A DNA stretch of 64,000 nt, from assembly GCA_021325515.1 (NCBI GenBank), contig JAJPHC010000051.1, forward strand, positions 27,998 through 91,997, given 5' to 3'. The notes under the pieces were generated by a model. The model did no database searches, had not been told where the DNA came from, and saw only the letters and a program-made list of their open reading frames with translations. Below, in pieces: positions 39,232 through 48,165 of the stretch; the stretch's first letter is position 1; every line of letters begins with the position of its first letter. Made by a program: the position numbers and the translations under genes. The stretch comes from Acidobacteriota bacterium. Lineage in GTDB: Bacteria; Acidobacteriota; Thermoanaerobaculia; Gp7-AA8.

Positions 39232-40848
39232 ATGAGCGAAGCCGAGCTCGAGCTGCGCGTTCAGCGCCTCGAGACCGCGCTGGCGGAGCTGACGCGCCGC
39301 GTAGACGGTGTAGGACAGGCGCCCTCGCCTGTCCACGCGCCCTCGCCTGTCCACGCGCCCTCGCCTGTCCAGGCGCCCTCGCTCCACTTCGACACGGATG
39401 CCGCGGGACAGGCGGAGGCGCCTGTCCTACAGGACTCCCCTGACTGGCTCACCCTGGCCGGCTTCTCCGTCCTCATCTTCGGCGGTGCGTATCTTCTCCG
39501 CGCCTTCACGGAGTCGGGCGTGCTGCCGCCGGTCGGCGGTGTCATCGCCGGTGCGGTGTACGCGCTCATCTGGATCTGGATCGCCGATCGCAAGCATGCG
39601 GTCTACCTCGCCGCGACCGCGGCCGCAATCGCGTTCCCGCTCGTGTGGGAGACGACGGCGCGCTTCCACTACGTGACGCCGGCGGCCGGCGGCTTCCTCG
39701 CGGCGATCATCGGCGTGATCCTCATCTTCGTCGCCTGGCACAACAGCAAGGAAGCGATCGCGTGGATTGCCAGCATCGGCTCGATCGCCGTCACGATCGC
39801 GATCGTCAAGCCGGACGCGATGCTGCCGCTCATGATCGCCGGCAGCGTCGTCGGCGCGGCAACGCTGCACGTCGCCATCCTGATGCGATGGAAGTTCGTC
39901 GCGCTCCCCGCCGCGGTCATGACCAACGCGCTTGCGTCGATGACCATCGGCATCCCGATTCTCCGCGGCGGCTTCGAGCGCCCCGGCGAAACGATCGCGG
40001 CGCTCATCGGCTTCGCCGCAGTCTGGCTCGCGACGATCTGCTATCGCCGCATTCATTACAACGAGCACCTCTCCTTCTTCGACATCATCGAGAGTGCGCT
40101 ACTGCTCTTCATCGGCGTCGGCGGCGCGGCCTTCGTCGCCGGACTGACGCATCGCTATGGCGTCATCGTCGCAACGATCTATGTGATCGCCGCGGTCGCC
40201 GCGTATCTCGAGGCGTCGAGAAAAGACGGCATGCGCACGTGGCTCACCTCGGTCGCGCTCTATCTGATCTGGCTGGCGATGCTGATCGCGCTCGAGCTGC
40301 GCGCGGCCGCCGTCATCGCTGCGATTCTCGGCGTCGCTTCGGCGGAATTCGGACGCCGCCTGCAATGGCCGGCACTCGCCGCGCAGAGCGTCCTCTGGAT
40401 CGCCGGCGCCTTCCTGATCGGCGGCTTCTCCGGCCCCGTCGCCATTCTGATCTCCGCCTGCATCCTGATCGCGTGCCTGCGTGTGCACCTGCCGCTCGCT
40501 CACACTCTGCTGCTCGCGCTCTTCGCCGTTTCGCTCTTCCTGCTTGCCGGACATGATCGCGGCGCACTCGTCCGCACGCTTCTGCTCGCCGCCTTCGCAG
40601 CAATCCTCGGATTCGGCTCGAAATACACGCATGCGGCGATTCCGGTCGCTCGCCTCCTGCTCGTCGCAGGTGGATTGAAATTACTCGCAGAGGATGTCCG
40701 CACCGAGCGCGCGGCCATCCTCGTTATCTCCTTTGCTGCCTATGGGTTCGCCATGCTCGCCGTCGCGAGATGTGCGCGCCGTCACACCACTTCGCCACTT
40801 GAGTCACAAAGAACCCCCCTCACTGACACATTAAGTAGCAATCGCTAA
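39232..40848 (+). CDS. DUF2339-like polytopic membrane protein with N-terminal coiled-coil
   Basis: MSEAELELRVQRLETALAELTRR coiled coil, then about 14 TM helices. Contains an in-frame copy of palindromic element family 2 in the linker. Confidence 0.55.
   Translation: MSEAELELRVQRLETALAELTRRVDGVGQAPSPVHAPSPVHAPSPVQAPSLHFDTDAAGQAEAPVLQDSPDWLTLAGFSVLIFGGAYLLRAFTESGVLPPVGGVIAGAVYALIWIWIADRKHAVYLAATAAAIAFPLVWETTARFHYVTPAAGGFLAAIIGVILIFVAWHNSKEAIAWIASIGSIAVTIAIVKPDAMLPLMIAGSVVGAATLHVAILMRWKFVALPAAVMTNALASMTIGIPILRGGFERPGETIAALIGFAAVWLATICYRRIHYNEHLSFFDIIESALLLFIGVGGAAFVAGLTHRYGVIVATIYVIAAVAAYLEASRKDGMRTWLTSVALYLIWLAMLIALELRAAAVIAAILGVASAEFGRRLQWPALAAQSVLWIAGAFLIGGFSGPVAILISACILIACLRVHLPLAHTLLLALFAVSLFLLAGHDRGALVRTLLLAAFAAILGFGSKYTHAAIPVARLLLVAGGLKLLAEDVRTERAAILVISFAAYGFAMLAVARCARRHTTSPLESQRTPLTDTLSSNR
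39309..39430. repeat. palindromic repeat element family 2, expanded copy (internal 18-bp unit ACGCGCCCTCGCCTGTCC x3) inside a CDS
   Basis: It translates in frame as VGQAPSPVHAPSPVHAPSPVQAPSLHFDTDAAGQAEAPVLQ. The ends are GTAGGACAGGCG... and ...GCCTGTCCTAC. Confidence 0.8.
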
Positions 40849-40898
40849 CTCCAGACTGTGACCGCTGAAATGGGATTTGAACTCGAAGGAGACAAGCA

Positions 40899-43049
40899 AT
40901 GACACGACTTCACCGCGGCCTGATCCTCATCGCGCTTATGGCCGTCATCTCGCTGCCGATGTTCGCGGCGACGCGCGGACGCGCCGCCGGTTCGCCTGCG
41001 AATCCGGCCACGCCAACGGCAGCGGCATTCCCGCCGACTGCGAAAGAGGCATACCTCACCGATGACACGCTCGCGTATATCCGTCCCGGCCTCAAGGTGA
41101 AGCTCAACTCCGTCGCGGTCGGCACGGACGGCAAGGTCAACGTCGATCTCTCGATCACCGACGACTTCGATCAGCCGATCGATCGCCTCGGGAAAACGAC
41201 GCCGGGCGCAGTCTCCATCAGCTACATCCTCGCCTGGTACAGCCCCACGACCCGCCAGTACACCGCGTACACCACGCGTGTACAAACGACTCCCGCCACG
41301 AGTCCGCATCCCGGCGTCAGCGCAACTCAGGCAGGAACCGATTCCGGCGGCACCACCACCGATCTCGAAACCGGCCATGTGAAGTACCTCTTCAAGACGG
41401 TGCTTCCCACCGGCTTCGACGGCACCAGGACGCACACACTCGGCATCTATGCCTCGCGCAACATGACCGATACGATCGGCAAGATCTATTACGCGAACGT
41501 CGAGTACGACTTCCGTCCCGATGGCAACAAGGTCACGGACGTATGGGACAAGGTCAATCTCGCCACGAGCTGCAACAACTGCCACGATCCCCTTTCCGCA
41601 CATGGCGGTGCGCGCCGCGATCCGAAACTGTGCGCGCTCTGCCACTCTCCGCAGACCATCGATCCCGACACCGGCAACACGGTCGATTTCAAGGTGATGA
41701 TCCACAAGATCCATCAGGGCGCGACTCTGCCGAGCGTGAAGGCCGGAACGCCGTATCAGATCATCGGCTTCGGCCAGAACGTCCTGGACTTCTCCAAGGT
41801 CGCGCTTCCGCCGGGACAGGACACTCGCAATTGCGCCTTCTGCCATGTCGGCAGCGATCCGACGAAGAAGCCCGCACAGAACGACGTCTGGCTGACCAAG
41901 CCGTCGCGCGATGCATGCGGTTCCTGCCACGACGACATCGACTGGGCCACAGGCAAGAATCACGTCGGCGGCCTTCAGAAGGATGACAGCGCGTGCGCCA
42001 GTTGCCACGTTCCGGACAGCGGGAAGGAATTCGACGCGTCCATCAAGGGCGGCCACGTTCTTCCGGTTGCCTCCAAGCAGCTCAAGGGCATCACCGCCAC
42101 GATCACCAAGGTCGTGAATGCGGCACCCGGCAAGAAACCGACGGTGACCATCGCCGTCAAGAACGGCGACGGCACGCCGGTCGACGGCAGCAAGCTGACG
42201 ACCTTCGCGCCGATCATGGCCGGCCCAACCACGAGCTACACCAAGTACTTCCGCGAGAGCGGCATCGCATCCGCCACGAACACGAACGTCGCGACCTACG
42301 ACGCGGCCACCGGCCTCACCTCGTTCACGTTCGCCAACGCGATCCCCGCCGATCAGACCGGCACATGGGCCTTCACTGCAGACATCTATCGCAACGTCAC
42401 ACTGAAGCAGAACAATGACAAGGCCGATCTGACGCAGCGCGAAGCGGCGTTCAACAACATCGTCTACATCCCGATCACCGGCACGACGGCGACGCCGCGC
42501 CGCACCTCGGTCATCCTGTCCCAGTGCAACAGCTGCCACAATGCGCTCGCACTGCACGGCGGCCAGCGCCAGAACACGCAGGAATGCGCCATCTGCCACA
42601 ACCCCACGAACAATGACGTTGCACAGCGCCCGGCGAGCGAAGGGCAGCCGGAGTCGATCTCCTTCCAGCGTCTCATCCATCGCATCCACAAGGGCGGAGA
42701 GTTGACGCAGGACTTCACCGTCTACGGCAATAACAAGTCCCGCCACAACTACAACGACGTGGAGTATCCGGGAGACATCAACCATTGCGCGAAGTGCCAC
42801 ACGTCGACCTCGTACCAGCTGCCGCTGGCGACGGGCATCGACTCCGTGACGACACTCCGCGATTACTATTCGCCGCAAGGCCCCGCGACCGCTGCGTGCC
42901 TTGGCTGCCACGACAATCGTGACGCCGCGGCGCACGCGTTCCTCAATACGGCAACGTTCCCCGGCCAGCCCACTACCCCGGCCGAAGCGTGCGCAACGTG
43001 CCACGGTGCTGGTAAGGACTGGGCGGTCGACAAGGTGCACGCCCAGTAA
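40899..43049 (+). CDS. MtrC/OmcA-like outer-surface decaheme c-type cytochrome (10 x CxxCH, beta-rich inserts)
   Basis: GGAG before the ATG; signal peptide; CNNCH, CALCH, CAFCH, CGSCH, CASCH, CNSCH, CAICH, CAKCH, CLGCH, CATCH in 716 aa. Thr/Gly-rich beta-type segments lie between the haem clusters. The antisense ORF 40845-43229 is artefact. Confidence 0.7.
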   Translation: MTRLHRGLILIALMAVISLPMFAATRGRAAGSPANPATPTAAAFPPTAKEAYLTDDTLAYIRPGLKVKLNSVAVGTDGKVNVDLSITDDFDQPIDRLGKTTPGAVSISYILAWYSPTTRQYTAYTTRVQTTPATSPHPGVSATQAGTDSGGTTTDLETGHVKYLFKTVLPTGFDGTRTHTLGIYASRNMTDTIGKIYYANVEYDFRPDGNKVTDVWDKVNLATSCNNCHDPLSAHGGARRDPKLCALCHSPQTIDPDTGNTVDFKVMIHKIHQGATLPSVKAGTPYQIIGFGQNVLDFSKVALPPGQDTRNCAFCHVGSDPTKKPAQNDVWLTKPSRDACGSCHDDIDWATGKNHVGGLQKDDSACASCHVPDSGKEFDASIKGGHVLPVASKQLKGITATITKVVNAAPGKKPTVTIAVKNGDGTPVDGSKLTTFAPIMAGPTTSYTKYFRESGIASATNTNVATYDAATGLTSFTFANAIPADQTGTWAFTADIYRNVTLKQNNDKADLTQREAAFNNIVYIPITGTTATPRRTSVILSQCNSCHNALALHGGQRQNTQECAICHNPTNNDVAQRPASEGQPESISFQRLIHRIHKGGELTQDFTVYGNNKSRHNYNDVEYPGDINHCAKCHTSTSYQLPLATGIDSVTTLRDYYSPQGPATAACLGCHDNRDAAAHAFLNTATFPGQPTTPAEACATCHGAGKDWAVDKVHAQ

Positions 43050-43060
43050 GGGAGGCGGCG

Positions 43061-44026
43061 ATGCGAATCGAATTTGCTTGGGTCCGCGGGCTCGAGGGCC
43101 CGCGGGCTCCCGGTGTAGGACAGGCGCCCTCGCCTGTCCAATCCGCCAGTGGCAGGCGGGGGCGCCTGTCGTACACATTGCTCTTCCTGATCGTTCTGAG
43201 TGTTCCGTTGCTTGCCCAGGAGGCGGCAACGGTTCCCTCCTGCGGCGATTGTCACGACGAACAGGCCAAGGCCTTCATCACCAATCCCCACGGTCACGGC
43301 AAAGCTGTCAATGGTGTGATTCCCAATGCCGTCTGCGAAAAGTGCCATGGCGACGGCAAGGGCCACATCGAAGGCGGCGGCGACAAGAGTCTCATCTACA
43401 AACCGGCCGGAATGGCAGGCTCGAACAAGACCTGCCTTACCTGCCACGACCTCAATAACGATCGCGTGTCGCGTCATGCCGGCACTCATGCGAACTCTCC
43501 GGCGGTGAACTGCCTCACCTGTCATTCGGTTCACTCCGCGAAAGCATCACCGCTGCTCGTCAAGAAGCAGCTCGAGCTCTGTGCGAACTGCCACGCGACT
43601 CAGGTCGCCTCCTTCCGCGACAAGCCCTACGCGCATCGCCTCGGCCGCGGCGGCATGGAGTGCAGTTCCTGTCACGAGCCGCACGGACGTCCGCAGCGCG
43701 AGATGCTGCGCAAGACCACGGCGGGCGAGCTCCCCTGCGTTGGCTGCCACGTGCAGCAGCGCGGGCCATTCGTCTTCCAGCACGGCTCCGCGGCGATCGG
43801 CGACTGCATGACGTGCCATGAGCCGCACGGCTCTGCGAATCCGAAGCGCCTCATTCGCGCGACGGTCACGCAGCTCTGCATCGAGTGCCATTCGCCCATC
43901 GAAGGCAACACACTCGGCTCACAGCCGCCGGCGTTCCACAACCTCTCTCTGTCGCGCTACCAGAGCTGCACGACCTGCCATACCGCGGTCCACGGCTCCA
44001 ATCGCGACCCGCAGTTGTTCAAATGA
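43061..44026 (+). CDS. MtrA/DmsE-like periplasmic decaheme c-type cytochrome (10 x CxxCH in 321 aa)
   Basis: GGAGG 6 nt before the ATG. CGDCH, CEKCH, CLTCH, CLTCH, CANCH, CSSCH, CVGCH, CMTCH, CIECH, CTTCH. The size and haem density match MtrA. The signal-peptide n-region is interrupted by a family-2 palindromic element. Confidence 0.75.
   Translation: MRIEFAWVRGLEGPRAPGVGQAPSPVQSASGRRGRLSYTLLFLIVLSVPLLAQEAATVPSCGDCHDEQAKAFITNPHGHGKAVNGVIPNAVCEKCHGDGKGHIEGGGDKSLIYKPAGMAGSNKTCLTCHDLNNDRVSRHAGTHANSPAVNCLTCHSVHSAKASPLLVKKQLELCANCHATQVASFRDKPYAHRLGRGGMECSSCHEPHGRPQREMLRKTTAGELPCVGCHVQQRGPFVFQHGSAAIGDCMTCHEPHGSANPKRLIRATVTQLCIECHSPIEGNTLGSQPPAFHNLSLSRYQSCTTCHTAVHGSNRDPQLFK
43115..43174. repeat. 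palindromic repeat element family 2, short copy, in-frame inside the MtrA-like signal peptide
   Basis: GTAGGACAGGCGCCCTCGCCTGTCCAATCCGCCAGTGGCAGGCGGGGGCGCCTGTCGTAC, translated VGQAPSPVQSASGRRGRLSYT immediately before the hydrophobic core LLFLIVLSVPLLA. Confidence 0.8.
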
Positions 44027-44038
44027 AGGAGTGAGACG

Positions 44039-45901
44039 ATGACCATCAGAAGAATCTTCGCGCTCCTCCTCTTCACCGCTGCAACGGCCGGTCAGGCACA
44101 AGTGGCGCCCTGGGACTTCGAAGCCGGCTATCGCTGGCTCAATCTCAAAGGCAGCCCCGGGATGTATCGCACGCAGGTCAACGAGCGCGAGGGATTTCTC
44201 ATCCGTAGTTTCAACCTCGCGACCACCGGACCCAACATGGACCGGCTCGTCGTTCACGTCAGCGATTTCGGCACGAGTCCCGCCGGCTCGCTCCGCCTCG
44301 AGGCCTGCAAGCAGGATCTCTATCGCTTCACTCTCGGCTACCGCTCCGCGGATCAGTACTCCATCTTCTTCGGCCAGCATTACTACAACCGTGCACGGCG
44401 CACCCTCGACGCGGATCTCGAGCTCTTCCCCGAGTCGCGCATCGCGCCCTACGTCGGCTACTCCTTCAACCGCTTTGCAGGTCCCGGCGAAACCACGTAT
44501 CACTTCGGCCAGGATGAATTTCTGCTGCAGCAGAAGCAGAAGGATATCGATCAGGAAGTGCGCGTCGGTGCGAGCTTCAAGTACGACTGGGTGTACGGCA
44601 GCTTCACACAAGGGTGGCGGCGTGCACACAGCACGATCGACTCCTCGCTCTTCCCCGGTGCCGGCAACGGCAACAACAACGATCCCATCCTCGGCCAGCC
44701 GGTCAACGCGACCTCGATCACGCGCCACGACACGGAAAAGACGAAGACTCCCTTCACCAATCTCTACGTCACGCTGCAACCGCTCTCGCGCGGCCGCGTG
44801 ATCGCGAATTACGTTCATCTCTCCGCAGACTCGGATGGCAATGAGAGCGAGGCGGCCTACGGCAGCTTCGCCTCGTTCGCCATCAGCCGCTTCTTCACAG
44901 GCGCGACGGAAACCGCGACATCGCACGCGAAAAACACCACGTGGCGCAGCGGCGTTCGCGGTGAGTACACCATCGCCGAGGGTGTGGATGCCTTCGCCGG
45001 ATATCAGAAGGACCATCGCGATCTCAACGGCAGCGCGCTGATCGATACGCTGTATCTGCAGAGCATCACGTTCGGCGGCGTCGACCAGCGCGACTTCCGC
45101 GACATCCTCGCCTCCGAGAACTCGATTGAGCGCGAGGAGACGACGACCAGTGCCGGCGTTTCCGTCCGCAATCTCGGCAACCTCGCAGTGCGCGCCGAAT
45201 TCCGCCAGGCGAAAGTCGAAGCGGATGTCGCACCCGATCTCTCCGAGATCGTCGTCCCCGGAAATCAGGAAGGCTCGTTCGAGCGGCGCATCAACACACT
45301 CGACACCAACGCGCAGTACGCAACGCACGGCTGGCTCCTCGGCGCTGCCTGGCGCAGCGACAGTGCGAATCAGCCGATCTTCCGCACTGATTACAAGGAC
45401 CGCGACCGCTATCGCCTGCGCGCGCAATGGTCGCAGTTCAAGTGGGCGAAGATCACCTCCGTCTACGAGCGCACGACGATGTCGAATGACACCTCGTTCG
45501 AAAGCCGCGTCCGCAACTACACGACCGACGCCGCGATCATGCCCACGGAAGGCATTACGCTGCACGCCTCGGTGTCATCCTTCAAGAGCGACAGTACGAT
45601 CTCGTATCGCCGCCCGCAGACCTTCGTCGTCACGACCTCCGTCCACAGCGAGAACGGTCACACGCGCGAAGGCGGCATCGGCTTCGCGCTGCCGCACTCC
45701 ATCTACTTCGATGCGAACATCGCACGGCTGCACAATGACGGCACGTACCCGTTCAAGCTCAACCGCTACAACGGCCGGATGACGTTCCCCTTGAAGTCGC
45801 ATTACGGCCTCGCCGTCGAATACAACAAGGACCGCTACGTGGAGTCGAGCTCACTCGATTACGACGCCACGCGCTGGGGCCTCTTCCTTCGGATTCAGTA
45901 G
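44039..45901 (+). CDS. large outer-membrane beta-barrel protein, MtrB/PioB-like porin partner of the decaheme pair
   Basis: GGAGTGAG before the ATG; signal peptide MTIRRIFALLLFTAATAGQAQ; 620 aa of alternating Y/F/W-rich amphipathic strands; positioned directly after the MtrA-like gene, as in mtrCAB. Confidence 0.55.
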   Translation: MTIRRIFALLLFTAATAGQAQVAPWDFEAGYRWLNLKGSPGMYRTQVNEREGFLIRSFNLATTGPNMDRLVVHVSDFGTSPAGSLRLEACKQDLYRFTLGYRSADQYSIFFGQHYYNRARRTLDADLELFPESRIAPYVGYSFNRFAGPGETTYHFGQDEFLLQQKQKDIDQEVRVGASFKYDWVYGSFTQGWRRAHSTIDSSLFPGAGNGNNNDPILGQPVNATSITRHDTEKTKTPFTNLYVTLQPLSRGRVIANYVHLSADSDGNESEAAYGSFASFAISRFFTGATETATSHAKNTTWRSGVRGEYTIAEGVDAFAGYQKDHRDLNGSALIDTLYLQSITFGGVDQRDFRDILASENSIEREETTTSAGVSVRNLGNLAVRAEFRQAKVEADVAPDLSEIVVPGNQEGSFERRINTLDTNAQYATHGWLLGAAWRSDSANQPIFRTDYKDRDRYRLRAQWSQFKWAKITSVYERTTMSNDTSFESRVRNYTTDAAIMPTEGITLHASVSSFKSDSTISYRRPQTFVVTTSVHSENGHTREGGIGFALPHSIYFDANIARLHNDGTYPFKLNRYNGRMTFPLKSHYGLAVEYNKDRYVESSSLDYDATRWGLFLRIQ

Positions 45902-45912
45902 ATCCCTCTCCC

Positions 45913-45940
45913 CTTCTCCCCCGCCCTCGCGGGGGAGAAG
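45913..45940 (+). terminator. GC-rich stem-loop CTTCTCCCCCGC-cctc-GCGGGGGAGAAG after the operon
   Basis: Perfect 12-bp stem, 12 nt after the stop of the beta-barrel gene. Confidence 0.45.
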
Positions 45941-45980
45941 GTGCGGAGGCGGACGTCGATGTTCCCCCTACAATGGATGC

Positions 45981-47411
45981 ATGCCTACTGTGCGGCCGCT
46001 CCTCGCGGCGGTCCTGTTTCTCGTCACCATTGGCGCCGCGGCTCAGCAGCGCGTCGCGATCGTTGACGTCACCGTCATCGATGTGGATGCCGCCGACGCC
46101 GCGCATGCGGTCGCGGCACACCAGTCCGTCGTCATCACCGGCTCTCGCATCTCCGCGCGAGGGCCCGCCGCCAAAATCCGAATTCCCCGAGATGCGACGG
46201 TCATCGACGGCTCGGGCAGGTTTCTGATCCCGGGACTCTGGGACATGCATGTGCACACGCTGCCGGAAGTGCGACGGCCGAAAGCCGTCGAGATCTGGTT
46301 GCCGCTGTTCGTGGCCAACGGCGTTACTTCCGTGCGCGACATGGGCGGATCCGATGACGCGTTGACGAACACGCGATTGCGCATCGCCCGGGAGCGCCTG
46401 CTCTCGCCCCGCTTGATCGCTGCCGGGTCGGCGATCGACGGCTTTCCACCTCAGTTCGGCACCGGAGTCCGCTCGCCCGCGGAGGCACGGCAGGTTGTCG
46501 ATGCACATCAGAAATCGGGAGCCGATTTCATCAAGCCCTACAACCTCCTTACGCGCGAGGAGTACTTCGCGATCATCGACGAGGCGAAGAAAGTGGGCTT
46601 GCCGGTCGCGGGTCATGTCCCCCTGAGTCTCACCGTGCTGGAAGTTTCCGATGCCGGCCAGCGCAGCGTCGAGCACCTGACTGACATTCCCGCTTCGTGC
46701 TCCACGATCGAGGCCGAGCTTCGCCAGGAACGGCTGCGCACGCCGCTGTCGGATTTCCGCGCGTGGCAGCGGGCGCGCTGGACCGAAGAGACGCGCGCCG
46801 CAGCATCACATTCGCCCGCGCGCTGCCGCGCACTGTTTGAACATCTGACGCGCAACGGAACATGGATCGTCCCGACGCTCGTCAATAAGAAGTCGGCACT
46901 CGACGTCGCATCGCGGCTGCGCGATCCGGTCCTGCTTCAATACATGGAGCCGGCCACGCGCGCAGCGTGGGAAAAGAGCGCAGCGATGAGCCCCGCCACG
47001 CCGGACGAAGTTGCGAGCCGCACGGCGAGATACGAGTCGATGCTAAGGCTCACCGGCGAAGCAAATGATGCGCATGCCCTTCTGCTGGCGGGAACCGATA
47101 CCGGCAGTCCGTTTCCTCTCGTCCCCGGATTCAGCCTTCATGAAGAGCTGGCCATCCTTGTCGAATCCGGACTGGCGCCGCTGCAGGCACTCCGCAGCGC
47201 CACGCTCTCGCCGGCGCGCTACCTTCACCGCGAGCGCGACCTGGGAACGGTCGCGCGGCGCAGGATCGCCGATCTCGTCCTCCTCGACAAGAATCCGCTG
47301 GAGGATATTCGCAATACGCAATCGATCGCCGCTGTGATCCTCGGCGGCCGCCCTCTGATGCGCGACGCATTGGACAAGATCCTCGCTGATGCAGCGATGG
47401 CTGCGAAATAA
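45981..47411 (+). CDS. amidohydrolase family metallo-hydrolase (secreted)
   Basis: Signal peptide; GLWDMHVHT metal-binding His-x-His; downstream GTD..S; family-typical length 476 aa. Confidence 0.75.
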   Translation: MPTVRPLLAAVLFLVTIGAAAQQRVAIVDVTVIDVDAADAAHAVAAHQSVVITGSRISARGPAAKIRIPRDATVIDGSGRFLIPGLWDMHVHTLPEVRRPKAVEIWLPLFVANGVTSVRDMGGSDDALTNTRLRIARERLLSPRLIAAGSAIDGFPPQFGTGVRSPAEARQVVDAHQKSGADFIKPYNLLTREEYFAIIDEAKKVGLPVAGHVPLSLTVLEVSDAGQRSVEHLTDIPASCSTIEAELRQERLRTPLSDFRAWQRARWTEETRAAASHSPARCRALFEHLTRNGTWIVPTLVNKKSALDVASRLRDPVLLQYMEPATRAAWEKSAAMSPATPDEVASRTARYESMLRLTGEANDAHALLLAGTDTGSPFPLVPGFSLHEELAILVESGLAPLQALRSATLSPARYLHRERDLGTVARRRIADLVLLDKNPLEDIRNTQSIAAVILGGRPLMRDALDKILADAAMAAK

Positions 47412-47426
47412 TTTCGGCTGCTGCGA

Positions 47427-48038
47427 CTATGCGCCAACCGTACCCAGAGGAATGTCTCCCGCCGGAACGTACGTAGTCATCAGGACGCCGCTCTTCGATG
47501 TCGTGGACGCGGTGAGCCGCAGAGCGCCCGGCTTCGCACCCATCTCGAACAATCGCTTTCCGCGCCCCAATACCACCGGGTAGATCCACACGTGATAGGT
47601 GTCGATGAGCGAAGCGGCCTGCAGAGTCTGAATCAGATTGCCACTGCCGATGATCTGCAGATCCAGTCCCGGCTGCGCCTTCAATGCGGTGATCGCTGAT
47701 ACCACGTCTTCACCGAGGAGTGTCGAGTTGTTCCAATGCAGCGCCTTCAGGGTGCGGGACGCTACATGCTTCCTCGCGGCATTGAAGATTCTCGCAATCG
47801 GATTGTCGTCCGATTGTTGCGGCCAGTAGGCCGCGAAGATCTCATAAGTCTTGCGGCCGAGGACGAGCTCGCGGCCGTTCCCATCGAAACCGGCCGCCGA
47901 CAGATCCACATCCTCGTCCCAGTAGGCAGCGGTCCAGCCGCCAAGGTCGAAGTTCCCGGCCGGATCTTCGTCGGGACCACCCGGCGCCTGCATGACGCCG
48001 TCGAGCGATGTGAACGTAGATGCGATCAATTTCCTCAA
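47427..48038 (-). CDS. dihydrofolate-reductase-like (RibD C-terminal domain) family protein
   Basis: MRKLIASTFTSLDGVMQAPGGPDED...; YyaP/RibD_C pattern. Confidence 0.7.
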   Translation of the reverse strand: MRKLIASTFTSLDGVMQAPGGPDEDPAGNFDLGGWTAAYWDEDVDLSAAGFDGNGRELVLGRKTYEIFAAYWPQQSDDNPIARIFNAARKHVASRTLKALHWNNSTLLGEDVVSAITALKAQPGLDLQIIGSGNLIQTLQAASLIDTYHVWIYPVVLGRGKRLFEMGAKPGALRLTASTTSKSGVLMTTYVPAGDIPLGTVGA

Positions 48039-48165
48039 TGAAGTCCTCCCGGCACGAAACGTCCGGCAGAATAACCGAGGTCCACTCGCGAAAGGAAACG
48101 GTTAGAAGTTCTTATCCGAACCAGGGATCGCGGATTGCACCACAGGCCTTTCAGGAGAGTGAACG

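Noticed and set aside
40845-43229. 794-aa minus-strand ORF (also 43919-45565 minus, 548 aa; 36520-37677 minus, 385 aa)
   Set aside because: Antisense to genes with unambiguous signatures (10-11 CxxCH motifs, cytochrome b motifs, OMP). Translations are Arg/Gly/Asp-rich low-complexity with no motifs.
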